60,069 nt of DNA from a virus (IMGVR_UViG_3300017752_000010:1-60069); one strand, 5' to 3'; shown: positions 40,035-48,934, counted from the stretch's first letter. Made by a program: numbers and translations. Notes: generated by a model from the letters alone, not told the origin.

Positions 40035-40728
40035 TTAAACCTTCTAATTCATTTTTTACTTTATTCAAAATAGTTCGCTTTGGAAGAACGATCTTTCTTT
40101 TAAGATCGTTTTGTTCAATTTCCCATTGTTCAATAGAAACAGGAGTAAGAGTTTCTGTACCTTTAGAACCGCCCCATGCATCTTCAGTAGAAATATTCGT
40201 ATCAATCGAATAATCAAAAATAGTATTTGAATCGATAGCACCATAAGTAGAAAGATTTGCTTTAGCTCTTAAAAGCTTTGGCTGTTTTCTCACACCAGTT
40301 CCAGTGACAAAACCTCTATATGTAAGGTTTCCAAAGTTATCACTATCTGATAATCCTTTAAATTGTACAAATTCAGTTACTTGAATTCTTGTTAACGTAA
40401 CATTAGTTCCTGTATCGCTATCATACTGAACTTTATATTTTTGATAGATGTATTCTTCAAATTGGCTACTTGTTTTTGGCCATTGTTCATAAATATTTAC
40501 AATTTCATTTGCAAGCATAATGCCCCAATGCATATTGACGTCATCATAAGTAAGTTTAGCCAAAGATTCAGGCGTATCACCATCTCTTACTTCATAAAAC
40601 TCAAAGTTGCTAGCATTTTCTAAAACTTTTTCGCGAAATTTAGGACGTATAGAAAGGTCAGTCATCACGCGACGAACATTATCTGGAAATTGATATTGGA
40701 TTCTTCTAAAATCTTCAAAATATGCCAT
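40024..40728 (-). CDS. gp53: baseplate wedge subunit gp53
   Basis: YF..F..I.Y, YEVRDGDTPESLA..Y....HW.I.LAN, WP, E...N..KR.I. Confidence 0.85.
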   Translation of the reverse strand: MAYFEDFRRIQYQFPDNVRRVMTDLSIRPKFREKVLENASNFEFYEVRDGDTPESLAKLTYDDVNMHWGIMLANEIVNIYEQWPKTSSQFEEYIYQKYKVQYDSDTGTNVTLTRIQVTEFVQFKGLSDSDNFGNLTYRGFVTGTGVRKQPKLLRAKANLSTYGAIDSNTIFDYSIDTNISTEDAWGGSKGTETLTPVSIEQWEIEQNDLKRKIVLPKRTILNKVKNELEGLIDG

Positions 40729-40734
40729 TATGAT

Positions 40735-41844
40735 TTATTCCTTGCCATCTTTTTCATCTTGACCGACTGCAGTAAAAAAGTCTTTTGCTTTTTTGTAAAA
40801 GTCGTTATTACCTGAAAGAGTGTCGCGATATCTTGGAGTAATTTCTACATATCCTAATTCTAGACCTACATTAATAGGAGAACCATCTGCGTGCAATTGC
40901 TGATTTGCTCCATCATTATAGCTAATATTCACACTTTGCAAGAAACATGCGGCTGGCTGATCAAAAAATTCTAGTTTAGTACCTTGTTTATAATAATCGA
41001 TTTGCCATTGAACTGGAATTTCTAAAAAATTAGCTCCGCCTGGATCATTAGTTCTGCCTGGTAAAGAATAAAAGATAAACGCGTCACAAACTTCTTTAAT
41101 TCTTTTTGATTCACTTGGGCTTCTTGCAACAAGATTAAACTTATAGCTAAATGTTCTATGTTGAACACCATTAAAAATTTGATATGAAAAAGGATTTAAA
41201 ACAGCGCCAGTTTCTTTTGCTGATACGTTTTGCACCAATTGCGAGTTTCTTGCCAAATCAGATATTACAGCGGAAGCAATATCAACACCATTTTCTTTAG
41301 CAAATCCTAAAAGACTATCAGCGCTTTTTTGACCTATCTGATTTGCAATTTCACTTTGAACTGCACCCATATTTGCTTGATTATAATCTACCTGAACTTG
41401 TGATTGAAGATTTTCAGGCAAGTATAAAGATATTGAACCTTGCGGAAAAGCATTATCTTTATCAGTTGTTACACCTGAAGAAAGAAGGAAATCACCAATT
41501 TGAATTTTTCCTTTTACTACTTTACCAAGTGAACCAATAGCAGCGCTGAAACTGTCTTGTTTAAAGATGTCGTTGATAGCATCTAAAGAATTTTTTGCTT
41601 CATCTCCGATACTAGTAATTGAACCACCAATTTGATCTGATATTTGTGAAAAGAAACCTTTGCCTACGTTTGATTTGTTTTTACCATTACTCTTATTGTA
41701 CTTAAATCCAGCCTGATTCTGGTGCACCTTCGTGCTACCATAATTTACTTTTTGAGGCCGAAAAGTAATATAATGTGGATCTTCATCACCACCTAGGGTT
41801 TCTGGGAAACGTATTACATTATAAAACAGTGGATTGTTCATCAT
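40735..41844 (-). CDS. gp48: baseplate tail tube cap gp48
   Basis: I.LY.P, LNP....F.G...RTF.Y.F.L.ARS..ES, P..W.I.Y, C.L.S....Y, DGSP. Confidence 0.8.
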   Translation of the reverse strand: MMNNPLFYNVIRFPETLGGDEDPHYITFRPQKVNYGSTKVHQNQAGFKYNKSNGKNKSNVGKGFFSQISDQIGGSITSIGDEAKNSLDAINDIFKQDSFSAAIGSLGKVVKGKIQIGDFLLSSGVTTDKDNAFPQGSISLYLPENLQSQVQVDYNQANMGAVQSEIANQIGQKSADSLLGFAKENGVDIASAVISDLARNSQLVQNVSAKETGAVLNPFSYQIFNGVQHRTFSYKFNLVARSPSESKRIKEVCDAFIFYSLPGRTNDPGGANFLEIPVQWQIDYYKQGTKLEFFDQPAACFLQSVNISYNDGANQQLHADGSPINVGLELGYVEITPRYRDTLSGNNDFYKKAKDFFTAVGQDEKDGKE

Positions 41845-41849
41845 TGGAT

Positions 41850-41878
41850 TAAATACCTTAGTTGTTAAGGTATTTATA
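41850..41878. promoter_or_regulatory. 11-bp inverted repeat carrying crossed late promoters between gp48 and gp4
   Basis: TAAATACCTTA-gttgt-TAAGGTATTTA; TATAAATA on the - strand at 41871-41878. Confidence 0.65.
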
Positions 41879-42442
41879 TTGGCTACATATAAAGGAAAAT
41901 TTACAAAACTAAAAAACCCTTCAAAGTATGTTGGTGATGCGTCTAAGATTGTGTACCGATCTCTTTGGGAACGTAATGTTATGAGATGGTGTGATCAAAG
42001 CGATACAGTTGCTGAATGGGCAAGTGAAGAAATTGCTATACCATACATACACCCTGTAACCTTAAAAAGAGCAAGGTATTTTCCTGATTTTTATATCAAA
42101 ATGACAGATGGTAGAATTATTGTTGTTGAAGTAAAACCAGCAAAAGAAACTAAGCCACCTATTCCTCCTAAAAAAGGATCTTCAAAAAGATATATTCAAG
42201 AACAATCTACTTATGTAATAAATGCTGAAAAATGGGCTAATGCTGAATTAGCTTGTAGAAAAAATAACATCGGTTTTGAGGTTTGGACTGAAGATACTTT
42301 AAAGAAAATGGGTATTTTGAATTGGGAAGCTGATAAAACTGTTTTAGCGGCTGAAAGACGTTCTATGTCAAAATCTAAACATTCTTTAAAACCTATTGGT
42401 AGAACGAAACCAAAAGTTGGACCGCCTAAAAGAAGATCTTAA
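41879..42442 (+). CDS. gp4: head completion nuclease gp4 (TnsA-like)
   Basis: Probable TTG start; YKGKF...NP.KY.GD...I.YRSLWE, WASEE..IPY, RYFPDF, EVKP, N..KW. Confidence 0.88.
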   Translation: MATYKGKFTKLKNPSKYVGDASKIVYRSLWERNVMRWCDQSDTVAEWASEEIAIPYIHPVTLKRARYFPDFYIKMTDGRIIVVEVKPAKETKPPIPPKKGSSKRYIQEQSTYVINAEKWANAELACRKNNIGFEVWTEDTLKKMGILNWEADKTVLAAERRSMSKSKHSLKPIGRTKPKVGPPKRRS

Positions 42443-43869
42443 TTGCTGTACTCATCAGATGCGCCTGGTTTAGTTCCACCGCCTCCAAAGTTAGTATTCG
42501 AATATTGTCTATTGTCAATTTGAGCACTTGCTGACATCGCCATTATAGCTTCATTATTTCCAGCAGCTCTTGCTGCAGCAAAATCTTCTTTCATCACTTG
42601 TCTTTGTTTTTCACTGCGATATAACTCATCAATCTTTTTATTATAGTCTTTTTGCAAGCGATCGAAATCGTATCTTTCGTTTAAATTAGAATCTCTTTTT
42701 AGTTTATCTTCTTCTTGTCTTTTTCTAAGTTTATCGCCAAAAAGACCATCTTCTTTAATTCTTGCAAGATCTTCTTTTAAAAATTTATCATAAATAGTGT
42801 AACCAATACCAGCAACAGCAATTGCTCCTAAAAATGCAGGATTTAAGAGAACTGGAATTAAAGCACTAGCTAACATTTTTGGACCAACTGCTGCCATAGC
42901 CACAGCTCTTGCTAGTTTACTTACATTAGCAGCTTTTACGAATTGACCAGTAGTTTTGGACTGAAATCTTTTTGTTGTTGGATTGTAACGAACTTTATCT
43001 TTTCCAGTACCCGTAGGAACAGCTCCAGATGCCGCTCCAGCAGCTACATCACCAGCAGTCATGGCAGCCATACTAGCACTTCGAGCTGCAAGAGATTTTG
43101 TAGCGATCATACTTGCAAGTTTAAACGGTGCTAAGACCAAACTTCTAATAGTGCTGCTGAACACGGCACCTAAGGCAATTGTTGTTAGACCTGCTTTAAC
43201 ACTACCAAAAAGAGTATCAGTAATTAAAGTTTTTAATCCACCAAGAAAACCTTCATCTTCAAAAGATTTAGCAATTGATATGATTTTATTTCTGAATTTA
43301 TCATATGAAGCAGCAAGCTTTTTAATTGTATCATCTTCTAATCCAAGAAAACCTTTAGCAACATTTAAAATACCAGAAATAATTTTTTGATCTAAAGCAG
43401 CTCCAGGTCCAAAAAGCTTTTCGAAGTCTTGAAATCCTCTTACAAACTTTTTAAAAGCAAAAATTCCACCAAGTATAAGAGTGCCAGTTTTTAAGACATC
43501 AAAAATAGTTTCAGCGCCTTTTTGAACGCCTCTTCCAACAGAAGATACTGCATTTTTTACAGGATCAGTTAATTTTTTTACAAATTGTCTAAAATCGCCA
43601 GGTGTTCCAAAATAATCGTCAAAAGTATTTCTAAAACCATCAACAAACCCAGTTTTAAGTTTTGTAAAAGATTCTGCTAGAGTGGCTCTTTGCCTTTGCT
43701 GAATAGTTGCATTTTTATCAGCTTGCTCGTCAAGCTTGTTAACAATATCATCACTATTACGGCCGGTTATAGCTTGTGTTAATTCCTTTACCACAGAATT
43801 TGCTTTATCTGCTTTCTTGCCATTGTCTACAAGAGATTGTTTTATATCTTCAAATACTGCTTCAGCCAT
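42439..43869 (-). CDS. tape-measure-like / baseplate hub protein (gp29 position)
   Basis: Helical A/G/K-rich 476-aa protein with hydrophobic segments, directly after gp26/gp51. Confidence 0.55.
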   Translation of the reverse strand: MAEAVFEDIKQSLVDNGKKADKANSVVKELTQAITGRNSDDIVNKLDEQADKNATIQQRQRATLAESFTKLKTGFVDGFRNTFDDYFGTPGDFRQFVKKLTDPVKNAVSSVGRGVQKGAETIFDVLKTGTLILGGIFAFKKFVRGFQDFEKLFGPGAALDQKIISGILNVAKGFLGLEDDTIKKLAASYDKFRNKIISIAKSFEDEGFLGGLKTLITDTLFGSVKAGLTTIALGAVFSSTIRSLVLAPFKLASMIATKSLAARSASMAAMTAGDVAAGAASGAVPTGTGKDKVRYNPTTKRFQSKTTGQFVKAANVSKLARAVAMAAVGPKMLASALIPVLLNPAFLGAIAVAGIGYTIYDKFLKEDLARIKEDGLFGDKLRKRQEEDKLKRDSNLNERYDFDRLQKDYNKKIDELYRSEKQRQVMKEDFAAARAAGNNEAIMAMSASAQIDNRQYSNTNFGGGGTKPGASDEYSN

Positions 43870-44056
43870 ATTTCTTGCTCTCAGATTCTAATCTTTGGTT
43901 CTCTTCATCAATGTGATTCTTTAACATTGCTGAGTAAATATCCCTTTCCCATGGATACATATTTTCGATTTCATCAACACTCCATCCGTGGTGTTGTTTC
44001 ATAGCAAAGATAAGTCTATAATAGGACGTCAAATCAATATGAGAAAGGGCGATTAA
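43862..44056 (-). CDS. gp51-like baseplate hub assembly domain, in the -1 frame relative to gp26
   Basis: Not in the ORF track; hand translation LIALSHIDLTSYYRLIFAMKQHHGWSVDEIENMYPWERDIYSAMLKNHIDEENQRLESESKKYG*. Confidence 0.75.
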   Translation of the reverse strand, partial: LIALSHIDLTSYYRLIFAMKQHHGWSVDEIENMYPWERDIYSAMLKNHIDEENQRLESESKKYG

Positions 44057-44751
44057 AAAAAACTTTGCATTCCTTCAACCGTGATCTCATTTTGATGTCC
44101 ACATTTAGAGCACGCAAAGTCAATAGTTTCAGAAAGTTTAGGCATTGTATCGAAAAAGTTTGTAATTTTTTCAAAATCGCCAGAAGTTAATTCGCTAATA
44201 ATTTCTTCTAGATCTTTTCTATTAGTACTATCGACTGTAATAGTTTCATCACCCCAAAATACTGTTTTTACTGAAGATGCCACCATAGCAAATATTTCTT
44301 CATCAGTACCATCAAAAGATAAAGATTCTTTCAATGTCATATATTTCATTTCAAAACCCAGTTCTTTATTAATTTTAATAATTGGGTTATGATCAGGTGA
44401 TTCTTTAATTTTAATTTCTTTTAGATCAACATTTACTTCAGTGGTTTCTTTGCATTCAGAACATTTCAGTCCTAAGTCAGTTGACTCACCAACAGAAACA
44501 GATCTAAGCTTTAGAAAAAGATATTCAATATCAAAAGGTGCAAGTTCGTCTACTTCTACACCTGTAATGCAGTTCTCTACTACGTTTTCGATAGCATTGG
44601 CGAGATCAGCACTGTTTTCGCTATTTGCAGCAACCATTAAGTTTTTTTCGTCAGCAACTCTAAACGGTGAAATTTTAACTTCTCTTTTATTGGAAGGAAT
44701 AACTTCAACATATTCAGGTCTGTTAACCTTAATGCTTTTTAGTTGACTCAT
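44053..44751 (-). CDS. gp26: baseplate hub assembly chaperone gp26
   Basis: P.Y....PS, PF.V..EK.L, FDIEYLFLKLRS.SVGE, two CxxC, FF.TMPKL, EG..SFF end. Confidence 0.85.
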   Translation of the reverse strand: MSQLKSIKVNRPEYVEVIPSNKREVKISPFRVADEKNLMVAANSENSADLANAIENVVENCITGVEVDELAPFDIEYLFLKLRSVSVGESTDLGLKCSECKETTEVNVDLKEIKIKESPDHNPIIKINKELGFEMKYMTLKESLSFDGTDEEIFAMVASSVKTVFWGDETITVDSTNRKDLEEIISELTSGDFEKITNFFDTMPKLSETIDFACSKCGHQNEITVEGMQSFF

Positions 44752-45452
44752 TATTTGATTCTCTCATAATTACGATATTTCATCTGCACAGATAATTTTA
44801 ATAGTGCAGTTTCGCTATTTAGCTCAAAAGATCCAATATTGGTTGGAAATACCTCATTGAATCTATATCTTGCCGTCACTTCACTCATTGAAGCATTATA
44901 TTTAATCACTTCGACACGACTAATATAATCATTGTAATAACCAGTGGCTACAGAATCTCTATTGTAAATGATATCTTGCCAATTTTCGAAAAATGCTCTT
45001 TCTCTTAAGTCTTCAGAGCAGTAAAATTCCATATCTAAATTTCCGTGGTTGTGTAGATATCCAATACTTCTTGGCTCACCATCAGTTTTGTATTCGAATT
45101 CAGAAATGTCTCTAGCAGGAATTTGAATATCACTGCAAAAAAGACTAACACCTCTTGTATCTTTGCTTTCATTTGTTAAAGCATAACCTAAAGGTGGAAG
45201 ATCAGGGTTAAAAGATAGGTTTGATCCGCCAACATTAACATTAAGATTGTTTAAAGCATCTGTTGCACTGTCTAAAGCATCAAAGATAGGTAAATTGATA
45301 TTTACTCTATTACTGCCGCTACTTAGTGTATTACTAATTGCTTGACCAAGAGCTGTTGCTCCTCTTGGTGGAAATATTTGCATTACCCATTTACTAGATC
45401 TTGCTAAACCTTTATCAGAAAACATTTCTGCTTTTAGTTCTTGTATGTTCAT
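44751..45452 (-). CDS. tail tube initiator / tube-like protein (gp54-like)
   Basis: GLAR...(W/F), C....IP, F....D..ER.FFE.WQ, Y..DY, FP..I. Confidence 0.7.
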   Translation of the reverse strand: MNIQELKAEMFSDKGLARSSKWVMQIFPPRGATALGQAISNTLSSGSNRVNINLPIFDALDSATDALNNLNVNVGGSNLSFNPDLPPLGYALTNESKDTRGVSLFCSDIQIPARDISEFEYKTDGEPRSIGYLHNHGNLDMEFYCSEDLRERAFFENWQDIIYNRDSVATGYYNDYISRVEVIKYNASMSEVTARYRFNEVFPTNIGSFELNSETALLKLSVQMKYRNYERIK

Positions 45453-45988
45453 CTTCCTCTCCAGACTATTTTGTTACTTGCTTTCTTGAAGTTTTCAAAT
45501 GGTAGAGATATTGCAATTTCGAAATCTGCCTTTGGCACCTTTGCAAGTTTACTTCTAACATTTGATGCTGAATATCTTTTCAAAGCATATTTGCCCATAC
45601 TTGATCTACCAAATCTTTCAGCAATTTCTTTTCCAGAAGTAGATTTGACACTTGTTTCAGCTAAAATTCGAGCTCTTACAGCTGGTGGCATATAATGAAG
45701 ATTTAAACCGTACCACCCATCTCTTGTTATTTCTAAAATAAAAACAAGAGGAAATTTATCATAGAAGTCTAAACGATCTTTATTTTTTGGATCATATTGA
45801 TATATGAAAAGACCACCAGGTGTAGGTCTTGCAGACTTTAAACCTTGCTGAGCTTTATCAATAGATTTAATTGAACTATCTTTTCTCAGATTACGACGAA
45901 ACCAGTCAATACTTTCTTTAGTATTTCTTGTCACATTGGCTTTTTTAGCCTTCTCGTCGTATCTTCTATAAATATCTTGTACAGCCAT
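45449..45988 (-). CDS. gp2: DNA end protector gp2
   Basis: S..WF, Y.YDPK.K..L.FYD.FPLV, GLNLHY.PP..R, KRY, LP.E.F. Confidence 0.88.
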   Translation of the reverse strand: MAVQDIYRRYDEKAKKANVTRNTKESIDWFRRNLRKDSSIKSIDKAQQGLKSARPTPGGLFIYQYDPKNKDRLDFYDKFPLVFILEITRDGWYGLNLHYMPPAVRARILAETSVKSTSGKEIAERFGRSSMGKYALKRYSASNVRSKLAKVPKADFEIAISLPFENFKKASNKIVWRGR

Positions 45989-45992
45989 AAAG

Positions 45993-46000
45993 TATTTATA
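45993..46000 (-). promoter_or_regulatory. T4-type late promoter TATAAATA
   Basis: Exact consensus 4 nt upstream of the gp2 ATG. Confidence 0.7.
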
Positions 46001-46031
46001 CGGAATGGTATAACTTATTTAGGAGATGAAT

Positions 46032-46202
46032 ATGTACTCAACAAATGTTTTAGTTGCTTCAAAAAGAGCTTGGGAAAAACTTAGCTTAATTATTGACGGT
46101 GAAAACGCAACAAAGTTTGAATCTTTAGATGATTTTGATAAGTTTTATTCAGTCTTAATAGATAAAATACATGTTGATCCGAAAAATAGCGAGAATTCAT
46201 AA
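46032..46202 (+). CDS. small hypothetical protein (56 aa)
   Basis: AGGAG SD at 46021; MYSTNVLVASKRAWEKL...ENS*; stop overlaps the next ATG; TGGTATAAC upstream. Confidence 0.6.
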   Translation: MYSTNVLVASKRAWEKLSLIIDGENATKFESLDDFDKFYSVLIDKIHVDPKNSENS

Positions 46203-46438
46203 TGCCTACATATACAATGACAAATAAAAAAACCGAGAAGACCGAAGATATGATCTTATCTTATGACGATATGAAAGAAATGGTCAGTTCTGGTAAATGG
46301 ACTCGTGAGATAACGGCTCCAAAAATCATCGGTGGTACATCAACCGATTCTGGTAAACTTCCTGAAGGATTCAAAGATACTTTACGAGAAATGAAAAAAA
46401 TTCACCCTCATGGCAAAGGCGCAGACCATTTAGTTTAA
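46202..46438 (+). CDS. FmdB-like small protein
   Basis: MPTYT start and GFKD.L..(M/I)KK.HP ending; lacks cysteines. Confidence 0.6.
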   Translation: MPTYTMTNKKTEKTEDMILSYDDMKEMVSSGKWTREITAPKIIGGTSTDSGKLPEGFKDTLREMKKIHPHGKGADHLV

Positions 46439-46671
46439 TGACACCACAAGAAATTTTTTATTATAAACTCAACTGGAAATCTAAATCATACAAAACACGC
46501 CTTCATAGCGACATTCGTGGAGAAGGTAAAGCCTTTTGTCGTGAAAATTTTTCACAAGAAAATTGGAACTTTGTAGAATACAGTGATGTTTACGAAGATA
46601 CTTATGAATTTAAAAATGAAGAAGATGCTAAGAAATTTGCGTTGATGCGACCGGAGTTTACTAATTTATGA
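46438..46671 (+). CDS. hypothetical protein
   Basis: 77-aa ORF coupled to both neighbours. Confidence 0.6.
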   Translation: MTPQEIFYYKLNWKSKSYKTRLHSDIRGEGKAFCRENFSQENWNFVEYSDVYEDTYEFKNEEDAKKFALMRPEFTNL

Positions 46672-47798
46672 CACATGTACTAAAAAAAGATGATAGAGAA
46701 TTTTTACGTTCTACTATTGAAGCAATCAGAGATAAAGTTAACCTAGATTCAGCTGATAAATCTATTGAATTTACCTTGCCAACACCTGTAGAAATCTACG
46801 ATTATTTAAACAAATGGGTTGTTGGTCAAGAAAAAGCAAAAAAGATTTTGTCTGTAGGTGCTCACAATCATTACAAACGTCTATTGATTTATAAAGATGG
46901 CGAATTTGGTGAAGATTCACGTTTAGACAAAACCAATCTAATGTTAATCGGACCTACTGGTTCAGGTAAAACATACATGGTAAAGAAGCTAGCTGAATTT
47001 TTAAAAGTACCTTACTACATAGCAGATGCTAATGCATTTACTGCAGCAGGTTATGTTGGTAAAGATGTTGATGCAATGGTAGATGGTCTTGTACAAAATG
47101 CTGGATCTAATATCGAAGCGTCAGTAACTGGTATTATCTTTATTGATGAATTCGACAAATTGGCTAGAAACGGTGCTGATGCTTCAGGTCGTAAAGATGT
47201 AGGTGGTGAATCTGTTCAGCAAGCATTACTTAAACTTCTAGAAGGTACTGAGATTGAAATAGAAAAAACAACTGGACTTTCTAAATATAGATTTACAATA
47301 GACACTCAGAACATCTTGTTTATTGTTGGTGGTGCATTCGTTGGCTTAGATCATATCATCAATAAAAGAACTGAAGAAGATCAAACAAGTATCGGATTTG
47401 GTAAGAAAATCGATAAGAAAGAAGTTGAAAAGAATATAATTCATAAAATTACAACTGAAGATCTAGAAAGATACGGTTTTATTCCAGAGATTCTAGGTCG
47501 TATTCCACTTGTTGCTACAATGAATGAACTTACAGTAGAAGATTTGGTTTTCATTCTTACAAAAGTAGAAAAAAATCTTATGGCACAATATAAAACATTG
47601 TTTGATTATTCAGATATCGATTTAAAAATAGATGATGAAGCCATTAGATTCATAGCTGAAGAAGCAATGAAAAGAAAAATTGGAGCAAGAGGTCTGAAGA
47701 CTTTGCTAGAAACTATATTGTTAGAATATATGTTTGAGTTAGAAAGCGCTGAAATTAATTTAGAAGAAGCCAAAAGAATTTTGGAAAAAGATGTATAA
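46668..47798 (+). CDS. clpX: ClpX-family AAA+ unfoldase
   Basis: VVGQEKAKK, Walker A GPTGSGKT, GYVG pore loop, Walker B IFIDEFDK, VQQALLKLLEG, IGF loop, PE..GR.P, GARGL. Confidence 0.92.
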   Translation: MTHVLKKDDREFLRSTIEAIRDKVNLDSADKSIEFTLPTPVEIYDYLNKWVVGQEKAKKILSVGAHNHYKRLLIYKDGEFGEDSRLDKTNLMLIGPTGSGKTYMVKKLAEFLKVPYYIADANAFTAAGYVGKDVDAMVDGLVQNAGSNIEASVTGIIFIDEFDKLARNGADASGRKDVGGESVQQALLKLLEGTEIEIEKTTGLSKYRFTIDTQNILFIVGGAFVGLDHIINKRTEEDQTSIGFGKKIDKKEVEKNIIHKITTEDLERYGFIPEILGRIPLVATMNELTVEDLVFILTKVEKNLMAQYKTLFDYSDIDLKIDDEAIRFIAEEAMKRKIGARGLKTLLETILLEYMFELESAEINLEEAKRILEKDV

Positions 47799-47806
47799 TA
47801 TCTATT

Positions 47807-48484
47807 ATGTTCAAACATATAGAAATGCAAAAACTAACTTTAAATCGAATCGATGCAGAAGATGGTAGAAAATATGAAACGCCTAATGGTCAAAAGTACC
47901 CAAGTATTACGACAGTTCTTGGAGATACTGCAGACAAGTCTGCGCTATTTGCTTGGAAAAAGCGTGTTGGTGAAGAAAAAGCTGCAGCCATTTCTCTTGC
48001 TGCTACTACGCGTGGCACGGCAATGCATCAATTATGTGAAGACTACTTATCAAACGAACCCTTATCTGATGATCACGTGGCTGGTAACTTTATGTTCCTT
48101 GGAATTCGTCCTGCTCTTGATCGTATTAATAATGTAAGAATGCTTGAAGCATCGCTTTACAGTGATGCTTTAAAAGTTGCTGGTACAGTAGACTGTATCG
48201 CTGAAATTGATGGAAAACTTTCTGTAATCGATTTCAAAACATCTAAATCACCTAAAAAAGAAGAATGGATTTCTGATTACTTTATGCAGGCAGCATTTTA
48301 TTGTGTTGCGTATCATGAAATTTATGACGAACTTCCAAAGCAATTAGCAATTTTAATATCTGTACAAAATGGTACATATCAAGAATTTATGGTTGAAGGC
48401 AAAGACATGATTTATTGGGTTGAACGTTTAAAAACTCGTATAGAAATGTATTATAATAAAGTAGAGGAAAGTATTAAAGGATGA
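47807..48484 (+). CDS. PD-(D/E)XK exonuclease
   Basis: YPSITTVL, RGT..H, AGTVD, IDFKTS, YF.Q...Y. Confidence 0.85.
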   Translation: MFKHIEMQKLTLNRIDAEDGRKYETPNGQKYPSITTVLGDTADKSALFAWKKRVGEEKAAAISLAATTRGTAMHQLCEDYLSNEPLSDDHVAGNFMFLGIRPALDRINNVRMLEASLYSDALKVAGTVDCIAEIDGKLSVIDFKTSKSPKKEEWISDYFMQAAFYCVAYHEIYDELPKQLAILISVQNGTYQEFMVEGKDMIYWVERLKTRIEMYYNKVEESIKG

Positions 48485-48711
48485 ATGAACTTATTGGACC
48501 TGTAGCTATTGAAAAGCTATTACGCGAAATTACTGAATATTGGGGCGAATCAAAAGCTCCACAAAAAGAGAAAGAACGTATTTTAGAATTAGTTCAAGAA
48601 TACTATGAATCTCGTAACCTTACTGAATTTGATGGAGTAGTCGCCAATCTTACTAGAGGCGTACTATCTCAGAAAAAACAATTGGAGCTTTTTGATGAAG
48701 AAGATAAGTGA
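48481..48711 (+). CDS. hypothetical protein
   Basis: 76-aa ORF coupled by an ATGA overlap. Confidence 0.55.
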   Translation: MNELIGPVAIEKLLREITEYWGESKAPQKEKERILELVQEYYESRNLTEFDGVVANLTRGVLSQKKQLELFDEEDK

Positions 48712-48934
48712 TAGCGACTTTGCAGCTAAAGTAAAAAAATTACCAGCTGAAATCGAAGAACTTGTCATGAAAACTGGTAGTAATTATATTGAAGCAGTTT
48801 TACACATCTGCGAAAAATATGATCTTGAAATCGAAGGCATGAAACCTCTTTTACCAAAAGCAATAAAAGAAAAAATCGAAGCGGATGCATTAGACCTTAA
48901 CCTATTAAACTATAAAATTAACAAGGTAATATGA
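48695..48934 (+). CDS. gp33: late transcription coactivator gp33
   Basis: IEELV....NYIEAV..ICE....E.E....L....KEKIEADA..LNLL; position before gp59. Confidence 0.8.
   Translation: MKKISDSDFAAKVKKLPAEIEELVMKTGSNYIEAVLHICEKYDLEIEGMKPLLPKAIKEKIEADALDLNLLNYKINKVI

Noticed and set aside
41879-42442. Transposase or homing endonuclease (TnsA-like)
   Set aside because: Motifs and context match the core head-completion protein gp4; no transposon ends or intron were seen.
47807-48484. Cas4 / CRISPR association of the PD-(D/E)XK nuclease
   Set aside because: It lacks the four-Cys Fe-S pattern and sits in the usual T4-like exonuclease position before gp33.
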